Assembly (NCBI GenBank): GCA_051294375.1
Contig: CM119263.1
Coordinates: 3,618,785 to 3,682,784 of the forward strand
Direction of reading: 5' to 3'
DNA length: 64,000 nt
From: Paraspadella gotoi
Lineage: Eukaryota; Animalia; Chaetognatha
Part shown: positions 53,310-64,000 of the stretch, piece after piece
Position numbering within the stretch: position 1 is the stretch's first letter
How the letters are laid out: every line of letters starts with the position of its first letter
Translations under genes and position numbers: made by a program
The notes under the pieces: model-generated
Told to the model about the DNA's origin: nothing
The model's input: the letters and a program-made list of their open reading frames with translations, nothing else
Databases searched by the model: none

Positions 53310-54010
53310 ATATGCATCGAAAGGATCAGCGATCAAACCCGTTCCCTTCGCTCGCTCCAATTTCGGCGTTGGTTTCCTCCTCCAGAACTGATGGGACTCC
53401 TGCGAGGTGGCCGGCAGGCTGACGGGCGGCAGGCGGCTGGCTGTCCGGTCACAGCAGCAGGGCGTTTGAGGTTTAAATCTCGAAGAAATCATGGGCGAGA
53501 ATTGAAGCCGGTTATCGTATGGTCGGATCCTTGGGCGCCACGCCTACCAATGCCTTTCTCGCAAACGAATGCCACGGCCTGGCAAAATCGACCGCGATTA
53601 ACTTCTCAAATAAGACGCCACGTCGCCACGGTCACGTTTGCTACGAACGCAATTCGGAATAATTTTGTCAGCAACGGTCATTTGAACTCAAAGCCGTCTG
53701 GGCAAATGTACTTATCTTCCACGCGGGTATACGAACCGATTGCGTGGTTTCTGAAATTAAGTTTGGCTATTGCCGTTGTCTTAGCGGCAAGCTTGTCATC
53801 AAGTTGGATTCGTCATCCTTGCCACGGACGAGTCGCAACCCTTTCCAAGGCCCAGACGGCTCTGTCCCACGTCTCAGCGGCGCCCTCTCGCTCCCCTGAA
53901 CTCGGGCCTTCGTTCTTCGACTTCCACTCGAAGGAAAACAAAGAGCTTAAACGAAAGTCGCCGCTAATTGCTTATGGCGTCGATGGAGGAGGAATCATTG
54001 GAGCGTCTGG
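53310..54010 (+). CDS. Noisy copy of the putative exon at 61322-61980
   Basis: Colinear, insertion-rich copy. Confidence 0.3.
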
Positions 54011-54589
54011 TGGAGGAAAAAGGAAAAAAGGAGAAGCGGGGAGATACGGCAAAATCAAAGAAAGAGGAATTATAGTGAAAAAAAAGCGGAAAAAAAGAAT
54101 AGGGAGGAGAAAGAAAATAATAGAAAAGAGAATAAAGTGGAGGACAAAAACAAAAAGGAAAAGGAGGAAGAAGGAAAAAATAGGAAAGAGAAATAGTAGT
54201 GAAGGAAAAAGCGAAATAAAGAGAAAAGAAGAGAAAGAAAGAAGAGAGAAAAGGAAAGAGAATATGAGTGGAGGAAAAAAAGGAAAAGGAAAGGAAGGAA
54301 GCGTGGAGGAAGCTCAAGAAAAAGAAAAAGAGAAAAGTGGAGTACAAAAGGAAAAGGAAAGGAGAAAAGAAGCGAAAAAAGGAAGAGAATTATAGGTGAG
54401 AGAAAAGAGAGAGAAATGAGAAAGGAGAGAGAGAAAGTGTGGAGGAATGGTTAAAGATAAGAGAAGGGAAAGAGAGGGAGAGGTTGAGCGAAGAAAAATA
54501 ATTAATAAGAGAGAAAAAGAAATAAGTAGGAGAAAAAGAAGGAAAAATAAGCTTAAGCAAAAAAGAAAGGAAAGTGAAGGAAGAGAAAA

Positions 54590-55019
54590 ACAAGAACAGG
54601 GTAATTCAAATGTTATTAATGTTGCGCCGCAGTGACCATAGCACGTGTCGATTATTTAACATTGTATGACATTATTCATGACATTGAGACGTGAACCCGT
54701 GACATGATATGACTACATGGACTACCATAACCTTTCTTGGCCCGTTGCTAGATTTACTGACAAGACACTCATTCGGAATTTGTTTTTGCCTCCTCTCTCG
54801 TCTTTATTTCCTGAAGGTGGGTGCTAGCAGTCCCTTAAGATTGAGGTTGTTTTTTCTCGTCTTAACAAATGATCAAACAACTATATTCAAGTTATGAAAT
54901 TTTAACGTAAGTGGGACAGACCGACGGACACATACCAATGGAACCGACCGATCGACGACAACCGGGACCGAAAAATTGACTTACTGACGTTGTTCCGCGA
55001 GTATTTCGCGGTCGCAACT
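54590..55019. mobile_element. Small HINE-like element (second family); copy at 62500-62891, inverted termini at ~46101-46185 and ~49220-49290
   Basis: Starts ACAAG in an A-run; sub-terminal gttgcgccgc, (GACC/GACG)n microsatellite, terminal hairpin gttgttccgcgagtatttcgcggtcgcaact plus an A-run. Confidence 0.68.
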
Positions 55020-56109
55020 AAAAGAGAAAGTTAAAGGGGAGAGAGGATATTTGATTCAATAAAGGAGACGGGAAGGAAAAAAGCGTAAAACAAGTAAATG
55101 GAAAGAAGCATGGAATAGGGAGGAAAGTAAAGCAAGGAAGAGCAAGGTGAAGCAAGTTTAGAATAAAAATGAAAATAAGAGGAAGGAAAAGATATAGAAA
55201 TATGAGAAAGCAGAAATATGTGAGAGGAATATCATAACGACGTCGGGCGAGTTTTGATTGGTCAGGAAATTTATCCAATAATATTTTCTTTCTGAAGCGA
55301 CTCTTATCTTCGTTTTAAAAACTTTGGCGATAAATAGGGCTTCTTCGATAATTACAAATTAAGTAGAGAGTAGTGAAGAATAGATTAAAATGTATTATTT
55401 TTATGGACAATATTTTAGTAATATTATCAAAATATGTTGGTCTCTATTTGATTTGATAGGAGAAGAATTTCGCTTTTGATCTTCCGATGTGATTGAAATA
55501 CACTTTTTTGTTTTTTATTCTTTAAGCGGACAATCGAAAAAATGAGAGCTAGATTTTAACTATAGGTTATTTTATATATATCTACTGTCATTATAAAGTG
55601 AAAAACAAATAGCTCTCCTAGGGCCGGCTATATTTATTTTTAAAAAATAAGGAAAAGGCATTGGTTTATTTTAATCAGATTTAAGTCAAGTTTGGTTTTT
55701 TGAATATCTCATACAAAAGTGGTCACAAAAAAAGAGATAAAAAAAAAAAAATTTTTTTTTTGTGTGACTCATTCGCGCTTAACCTTTTTTTATTAGATTC
55801 TCGCTTTTCTCTATCATCAAGTTGTCTCGTAAGGTTTAATTTTTTTTAAGCTTGAGTGGAAATTAGTAATTTTAGGACGTATTCATGTACTTTTACAGCC
55901 GGGTGAGAGAGAGAGAGAGAGATTTATGAGAGAGAGAGGAATGAGTAGAGAGATGAGCCAGAGAGAAAGAATAGATGATAGATCTGAAAGACGAGAGAGA
56001 GAGAGAGAGCGAGAAATGAGAGAGAGAGAGAGAAAATATCGACAAAGACTTGAGTCTATCGACGAAGGCCTGTCAAGAGACGATCAGGTGCGTTCACGAC
56101 GGAACGGGA

Positions 56110-56300
56110 AGGCGATAGAAAGGAGAACAGGCGTTAGAGGAGAGGGAGAGAGAGACAGGCTTTAGAGGGAGAGGAGACGGCGATAGATGGGAGAGGGAGA
56201 CCAGACGATAGAGGGAGAGGTAGACAGGTGATAGAGGGAGAGGTGAGACAGGCGATAGAGAGACAGTGATAGAGGGGAGCGATAGAGGGAGGACAGTGAG
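56110..56300. repeat. ~22-24-bp purine-rich minisatellite (GAGAGGGAGACAGGCGATAGAGG); copy at 63840-64000
   Basis: Read directly. Confidence 0.8.
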
Positions 56301-57638
56301 AAGAGTCAGCTCATTAGAAAGAAAGAAGCATTCGAGTGAGACTAAGTCAGGCCTCTCCTGAGGACGACAGTCATTATAAACGCAGATGACAAGCGTTGGA
56401 GATTTGAACGAAGAAGACGGTTGAATAGTCACAGTGAAAAAGTCTCACGAAACAAAAATATTTTATATATTTTTAAATATTTTTCCGCCAAGTGAGATTT
56501 TTGTGACTTACCTCGCATGAAACAGTATGCTGATCACCGATACCTACGAATTCTCTTTTGTATTTCCTTCCTGTGATTCTGTCCCTCTGATACTGTCGAC
56601 CTCGTGAATCCTCACTGCGTCTCAGTTATTCCAATCGATTTTCGAGTCTAACGATATCGCGACTCTCCGCAGTCGTTTTGTTGTTGGGTCGTTGTTCGTT
56701 TGTTTGTTGTAGCTTCATTACCGTGGTGACCCAAATTTAGAAGTCTGAGGATTCACATGACTCTCGCCACAGTTTCTCTTTTGTCATCCTTTGTTTTTCC
56801 TTGTTTTTTTTTTTGCTTCTGTTTTTACATAATTTCAGATAGTTTTGATTGTTTGTTCAACTGTCAAAAAGAAATCACAGAATGAGTGAATAAATAAAAA
56901 CAAACAATAATAACTTCTGGATCGAGACAACAACAACAACAACAACAACAACGACGACGTACGACAAACGTGATGAAAAAAGATCAAGTTTTCTGCTCTC
57001 TTCAACTTTTTTGATGTTCTGCAGGAACAACGGCCGAATAAACCGTTCTATATAGCGATGAAGGAGTTTAATCTTTTCTCTTCTCCTCTTGTAGAGACAT
57101 TGGCGAAGCGAAATTAACAAAAAAGAAAAAAACTATAATATCAAATAGAAGAAAATGTCATTTTTTCTTCACATTTTTTTTTCTGACGCTTTCGTTCGTA
57201 TAACCTGACTTTTTTTCATGTTGCATGCGTTCGGTCTGTTCCACTTACTTTAAAAATGGAAATAATTCGCTTATAGTTCGTTGCTCATTTATTAAGGCAA
57301 AGCCTCAAATCTAAGTGACTGCACGCGCCGCCTTCAGGAAATTCTAAAACTATAAGGAATAAAAGACGGAATTTCGATGCAGTGCATGTCATAAATAACG
57401 GGCTAAAAAGTTATAGTAGTCATGTAGTCATGTCATTTGAATTACAGTTCTTATTTTTTATTAAAAAAAACTGTAGTTCGTCCCGACGCGAAAGACGCCA
57501 TTTTCTCTAAGATCATAATAAAATCTCCTCTTTCCGTTCTCTTTCCCCGATTTTTTCAAATTCCCATTTTTTTTCTAGAATATTTTCTCTTTTTTAAATT
57601 TTTTTTTTGGGGGGTGGGGCCGACGAATTCAGCGCAGC

Positions 57639-57951
57639 ATGAACCGCATTCCGCGCGGCGCGGGTGTCATGTTTGACGTCATGCGTCGCCACATCTTGAA
57701 GAATCCGGAAGTGTATTGGCAAATGGAAGCGAAAAGGATGCCGACGAACCGATTGGGTAGAGAGAGAGAGAGAGAGAGAGAATTGAATTGTATTATTGAA
57801 TTGTATTAAAGAAACGGGCTTTGGGCTACATTGTGCCCCTAAAAGCTACATCAATTTACAAAACGATATTCACAAGTTGAAAAGTATTTAAAGATATAAA
57901 CGAAAATCGGGTAGAGTTTTTATCCTAAACATGTTTCATGAAATCTTTCCA

Positions 57952-58008
<57 letters not shown>

Positions 58009-58874
58009 ATCCACTAATCCACTTCTCTTTTCCTCCTCAGCTTCCACCTCCTCATCCTTCTATTATCTCGAATCAGCTGCTCTTCACAAAAATGATTTTT
58101 TCTTTCTTCGCGATTTCAACTCAAACGTCTCGAGTCACGAATCGGGCGACGCCGCAGCCGCAGCCGCCGATGCCGACGCCGACACCGCCGCCGACTCTGC
58201 CGACGCCGCCCTCTACAAATTAGACGTCGGCGGCGCCAACTCCAGCGACAACAACAGCAACGACAACAACAGCAGCGGGGAGTCTCCGCTGTTGACGGCG
58301 ATGGCAGGGAAAGGCTTCGTGAGTCGAGATGGCGCTGGGTAAGTTTGGTTGACGACGAGGTAAGTCATATTTAAGAATTTTAAAAAGAGATTGAACGATG
58401 CATGTTAACAAAAAAGCAAAGTTAAATAAAACACATATGTCGTTGAAAATCGTGTCAAACATTTGGCCGCTGAGTTCTCTCGCTTGGTCTCTCTCTCGCT
58501 TCGTCCCATTTTACCAACTGACGAATCGCCTCCTCGCAGAAGCGTCCCGTCACGGTCATCTTCGTCGTCCTCATCGTCGTCGCCTCCGCCTCACGACGAC
58601 AACGACGTCTTCGACGACGACGAAAACGAAAACGCGATGAAACCGCCGAAACCAAAACCGCCTAAAATCCCCAAGAAGCCCCAGGGTCTGANNNNNNNNN
58701 NNNNNNNCCCAAGAAGCCCCAGGGACTGAAGAAAGGAGACAAGGGTCACATCCCCAAGAGGGTGGGGCGCACTCACAAACTCGGGGAGTACATGTAGAGG
58801 GTGTCGGTGGGCGTGCCGCGAGGGGGCGGGATGGGGGGGGAGAGAGAAGTGACGCCATCTTGAGTCCGGAGTGA
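57639..58874 (+). CDS. Last three exons of an unknown gene, copy 3 (exons ~57639-57756, 58041-58338, 58540-58874)
   Basis: MNRIPRGAGVMFDVMRRHILKNPEVYWQMEAKRMP | STSSSFYYLESAALHKNDFFFLRDFNSN..SRDGAG | SVPSRSSSS..DVFDDDENENAMKPPKPKPPKIPKKPQGLKK..DAILSPE*. Branch-point-like ctaat/ctgac, pyrimidine tracts with cag, a gtaagt donor and compatible phases. Confidence 0.55.
57781..57955 (-). mobile_element. ~175-bp insert inside a (GA)n tract, possibly a 5'-truncated non-LTR retrotransposon tail
   Basis: Present in copy 3, noisy in copy 2 (49749-49864), absent in copy 1 (46698-46803); the minus strand ends in the repeat tail aatacaattcaataatacaattcaatt. Confidence 0.4.
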
Positions 58875-59300
58875 GAAGTTGATTCATTCGAAGGACGAAA
58901 AAGTCAAATGAAGATCGAAAAGACGGAGAAATGAAGATTATCTTTGAGGGATGGGAGAAATGGGATTTTTGGGAGAGGCGTCTGTTATCGCATCTGATAT
59001 TGCATCTCCCTATTGCAACCGCCATTGCATTTATATTTTAACTTAGCTATCCTGTTGCTTTGAATAGAACGAAATGATGAATCTCTAATCGTTTCTTTTC
59101 AAAATAAAAATAGAAAGTTGAATGATTTTTTTAAAATTTTAATGGGAAGCTAAAAAAATACTCTTTCTGCTGATAAGTTTTAAGAGACAATTTAATAACA
59201 GACAACTTACTAATTTTTCCTTTTTTTTTTAGAAAAAAAATCCTTTTATGAACTTTTTTTATAACTTACTTTCTTTCTTTCTTTCTTTCTTTCCCTTTTT

Positions 59301-59380
<80 letters not shown>

Positions 59381-60042
59381 TCCTACTTTCCCTTTCGTTT
59401 GTTCCGCTCTTCATAAAACGCGCTTGAACTATTATAAAGTCGGACGTCCTTTCTTTCCACTTTTCTCCCTCTTCTCTCCTCCTCCTCCTCCTCCTCCTCC
59501 TCGTCATTTTCTTGATATCCATCCCGGGTCACCCCACATTTTTTCCCTTAGAGAATCTCCCATGTGTGGATTAATGATTTATTAACTTTTTCCATTTATT
59601 AGTTATCATCATCCCTTTTTATATTTTAATATTCATACTTTGGTAGCTCAATCGATTCGAACGGAGACGACGACGCCGAATATAACAACGAAGACGACGA
59701 CGAAGTCTTTGTACTTTGTGACCCGTAGTGGTCAGGAAGAATGGCCGTTCGTATCCAAACAGAATGACCTTGTTATGTCTGACCTTTTTCAGCCAATGTA
59801 AATACGTATTTGTTAATATATGTTTTCTATTCTCATAAAAATCACGTCTCGAATTTTTCTCTAAATTCTTCTTTTTAGAGATATTACGCGGGCCATATCC
59901 TCGCAGTTATTAAAATCGTGTAAACTTCGCGCAGTTTCGGGGAAGAGAACTATATGTTCACCGCAAATACGCCCTGCGGCGGTCTTCGGGGGATATCATT
60001 CCCGCAAATCCCCGCCCCAATTCTTGACGGGGCGAGAATGGC

Positions 60043-60107
<65 letters not shown>

Positions 60108-61321
60108 ACAAACGTTCTTTTTTTTGGGCTTCAAAGGTATCTCAATGGCGATAACAATGAGGGTCACAGATTTGAATTTTTTTTGCTTTCTTTATATAAT
60201 TTTTTAATCACTACAGATAATATTGACAGAAAAAGTAAAAAAAAAAAGAAGAAAAAAGAAAGAAAAAATTATGGAAAAAAAAAGAAAAAGGAAAGAAAAG
60301 AAGAAAAAGATAATTAAAGAAGAAAGAAAGAAAGACAATATAGTATATTGTAAGTGTAAAAAAGTGTGTTATTTAGCTGGATATACAGCTTTCGATGGAA
60401 TAGAGTGCTGATGAAGACTTGAATTAAAATCAAACACAACAACAAACAAATGTCTTTTTCTCAATTTAAAACACAAAGATGCTAAGAGAGAGAGAGAGAG
60501 AGAGAGAGAAGAGAGAGAAACAGGGAGAGACAAAATAATACATTATGTAATGTACGACAAGGAATAAGTTTAAACTAATGGTGAATTTAACAATTATTCT
60601 AATAATAAATAAATAGTAATGAAAGGAAAGAAAGTTTTTAAATGTGAAATGATACATTTTTATGAGGGATAGATAAGTTAAATTGAAAAATTAAGAATTA
60701 AGATAGGAATGAATCTAAATGCAAATAAAATATTATTTTAAATTAGGATTGTTAAGGTTTCTTATGTTTCAGTTAAAAATTTTTTATAACAAGGACTGCC
60801 CATGATGATGATTCACGGCGGGGACAGGGCTTCAAACGTCAATCCCCACAAAAATAGTGGCGGGGATTCTCCGCCGTGGATAAGGCAGAAGGCTTCAAAC
60901 AGTAATCCCCGTAAAAAATAGTGGTAGGGATTCCCCAAAACAGAGAGAAAAAAGGCAGTTTTGCGTGAACAGAAAGAGGGTGCAGTTGAAACTTCCCCGT
61001 ATAGCCAGGTTCAAACTGCGCCTTATTGGACGGCGTCATACTTGTCTTTTTAAGTCACCGCAATACCAAGATTTTCTGATTTGCTTATTTCTAACAAAAA
61101 TACATTTCTTTCTCTAAAGTAGCTTTTTCTTCTCTCTTATTCTCACCTAAGTTTTTCCTGTTCTCCCCCTTTCCTCCCTCTCTGCCCCCTTCCCCTTCTC
61201 TCTCCCCCCTTTCTTCCCCCCTCGTCCACTCCCCACTCCCCTACCCTCCTCCCCCTCATTTCTCCTTTTATTATTCTTCCTCTTTTGTCTTTTGTCTTTT
61301 GATTAATGACTTCACTTTCAG

Positions 61322-61980
61322 CGCCATTCATCAAAGGATCAGCGATCAAACCCGTTCCCTTCGCCTCGCTCCAATTTCGGCGTTGGTTTCCTCTCGACTG
61401 ATGGGAGTCTGGAGGTGGCGGCGGCTGCGGCGGCGGCGGCGGCTGCGGCAGCAGCGGCGGTTGAGGTTAAGTCTCGAAGAAATATTGGCGAGAATTGAAG
61501 CCGTTATCGATGGTCGGATCCTTGGCGCCACGCCTACCAATGCTTTCTCGCAAACGAATGCCACGGCCTTGGCAAAATCGACCGCGATAACGTTCAAATA
61601 GACGCCACGTCGCCACGGTCACGTTTGCTACGAACGCAATTCGGAATATTTGTCAGCAACGGTCATTGACTCCAAAGCCGTCTGGGCAAATGTACTTATC
61701 TTGCCACGGGTTATACGACACGATTGCCGTGGTTTCTGAATTAAGTTTGGCCTATTGCCGTGTCTAGCCGGCAAGCCTTCATCAAGTTAGACGTCATCCT
61801 TGCCACGGACGTGTCGCAACCCTTTCCAAGGCCCAGACGGCTGCCACGGCAGCGGCGCCCTCCTCGTCACTCCTGAAACCTTCGGCCTTCGTTCTCGACT
61901 TCCACTCGAAAGGAAACAAAGAGCGAAACGAAGTCGCCGCTAATTGTTATGGCGTCGATGGAGGAGGAACATTGGAGCCG
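61322..61980 (+). CDS. Putative large exon, poly-Ala plus a weakly CUB-like region
   Basis: ttcactttcag acceptor; frames LSLEEILARIEAVIDGRILGATP.., ICQQRSLTPKPSGQMYLSCHGLYDTIAVVSEL..HPCHG..SAFVLDFHSKG. Confidence 0.35.
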
Positions 61981-62499
61981 GTGGAGGAAAAAGGAAAAAA
62001 GGAAAGGGGGAAGAAGGAAAATAAGAAAAGAGAATATAGTGAAAAAAAAGGAAAAAAGGAAAGGGAGGAAGAAGAAAAAAAGAAAGAGAATAAAGTGGAG
62101 GACAAAAACAAAAAGGAAAAGGAGGAAGAAGGAAAATAGGAAAGAGAATATAGTGAAGGAAAAAGGAAAAAAGGAAAGGGAGGAAGAAGAAAAAAAGAAA
62201 GAGAATATAGTGGAGGAAAAAGGAAAAAGGAAAGGAAGGAAGGTGGAGGAAGAAGAAAAAAGAAAGAGAATAAAGTGGAGGACAAAAGGAAAAAGGAAAG
62301 GGAGAAAAGAAGGAAAAAAGGAAAGAGAATATAGTAGAGAAAAAAGGAAAAATGGAAAGGGAGGAAGGTGGAGGAAGGGGGTAAGAAGGAAAGAGAGGAA
62401 GGTTGAGGAAGAAAAAAAAATTAAAGAGAGAAAAAGAATAAAGTGGAGGAAAGAGGAAAAAAAGTTGAAGAAAAGAAAGGAAAGTGAAGGAAAGAGAAA

Positions 62500-62891
62500 A
62501 CAAGAACGGTAATTCAAATGTGTTGCGCCGCAGTGACCATAGCACGTGTTTATTTTAACATGATATGACATTATATGACATGACGACGTGACATGATATG
62601 ACTACATGACTACCATAACTTTCTTGGCCCGTGCATTTATGACAAGCACTCCATCGGAATTTGTCTTTTGCCTTTTGTCTTTATTTCCTGAAGGTGGTGC
62701 TAGCAGTCCCTTAGATTTGAGGTTTTTTCTCGTCTTAACAAATGATCAAACAACTATATTCAAGTTATGAAAATTTTTAACGTAAGTGGGACAGACCGAC
62801 GGACAGGCATACCAATGGACCGACCGATCGACCGACAGACCGACCGAAAATTGACTTACTGAGTTGTTCCGCGAGTATTCGCGTCGCAACT
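62500..62891. mobile_element. Small HINE-like element, copy of 54590-55019
   Basis: ACAAG start, gttgcgccgc, gagttgttccgcgagtattcgcgtcgcaact terminus. Confidence 0.68.
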
Positions 62892-63677
62892 AAAAAGAGG
62901 AAAGTTAAAGGGGAGAGAGATATTGATCAATAAAAGAGACGGGAAGGAAAAAGTAAAACAAGTAAATGGAAAGAAGGCATGGAATAGGAGGAAAGTAAAG
63001 CAAGGAAGAGCAAGGTGAAGCAAGGTTTAGAATAAAAATGAAAATAAAGAGGAAGGAAAAGATATAGAAATGAGAAAGAGAAAATGTGAGAGAATATAAA
63101 CGACGTCGGGAGTTTTGATTGGTCAGAAATTTTATCCAATGAGATTTCTTTTCTGAGCGACTCTTATTTCGTTTAAAAAACTTGCGATAAATAGGGCTTC
63201 TTCGATAATTACAATAAGTGAGTATAATGATTAATGTATATTTTTTTGAAATATTTGTAGTATTATCAAATATTTGGTTACCTTTTGATTTGAAGGAGGA
63301 GAATTTCGCTTTGACTCTCGATGTGATTGAATACATTTTTTGTTTTTTTTCTTTAGCGACATCGAAAAAAAAATTGAGACTAAATTTTAATATATATAAT
63401 TATATATATATGTATTAAAAGGAAAACAAATAGCCTCTAGGGCCGTATATTTATTTTTAAAAAATAAGGAAAAAGGCATTGGTTTTATTTTAATCAGATT
63501 TAAAGTCAAGTTTGTTTTTTAATATATACAAAGTGTCAATTTTTTTTTGTGGATAATCGCTTACTTTTTTTTATTACGTTTTCTTTTCATCAAGTTTCTC
63601 GTAAGTTTAATTTTTTAAGCACTTGGAGTGGAAATTAGTTAAGTTTTAGACGTAATTCCATGTACTTTTACAGCCGG

Positions 63678-63713
<36 letters not shown>

Positions 63714-63732
63714 AAGAGAGAGAAGAGAGAGA

Positions 63733-63765
<33 letters not shown>

Positions 63766-64000
63766 AAATATCGACAAAGACTTGAGTCTATCGACGAAGG
63801 CCTGTCAAGAGACGATCAGGTGCGGTCACGACGACGGGAAGGCGATAGAAGGAGACAGGCGTTAGAGGGAGAGGGAGAGAGAGACAGGCTTTAGAGGGAG
63901 AGGGAGACTGGCGATAGAGGGAGAGGGAGACAGACGATAGAGGGAGAGGTAGACAGGTGATAGAGGGAGAGGGAGACAGGCGATAGAGGGAGACAGTGAT

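Larger units (their letters stand above)
45900..64000. repeat. Redundant segments: 45900-48830 ~ 48830-52020 ~ 57230-60110, and 52020-56300 ~ 60110-64000
   Basis: Colinear near-identical sequence with indel noise. Confidence 0.9.

Noticed and set aside
53391-54395. 334-aa ORF
   Set aside because: Chimera of a noisy exon copy and a purine-rich low-complexity tract; the frame is not preserved in the copy at 61.3-62.5 kb
60404-60440. Hammerhead-like ctgatgaagac (also at 52337)
   Set aside because: No GAAA core and poor stem II in both copies; at most a decayed remnant

Overview
AT-rich eukaryotic (most likely invertebrate animal) scaffold from a noisy long-read assembly, with N gaps, many 1-nt indels, abundant (GA)n and several near-duplicate segments that look like uncollapsed haplotypes or raw reads. 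The ~0.8-5.6 kb region is a fold-back with a degenerate PacBio SMRTbell adapter at its centre. The only firmly named gene is the 3' half of a phosphoglucomutase (minus strand, 6456-7440, short introns). There is one clean 310-aa orphan ORF with a CCAAT-rich promoter, plus several unidentified exon fragments. Comparing duplicated segments shows filled versus empty sites for a hAT-like element and a Helentron/HINE-like element. The most interesting signals are RNA-level. (1) A GC-rich, highly structured 384-nt unit at 36453-36886 is bounded by ~50-nt direct repeats that carry a twister-ribozyme motif, and the motif is only complete when the unit is circularised (candidate twister retrozyme / circRNA copy). 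(2) About 1 kb away lie two ~200-bp palindromes, each carrying two oppositely oriented minimal Penelope-type hammerhead ribozymes. All structure calls were made by eye; no searches were run.
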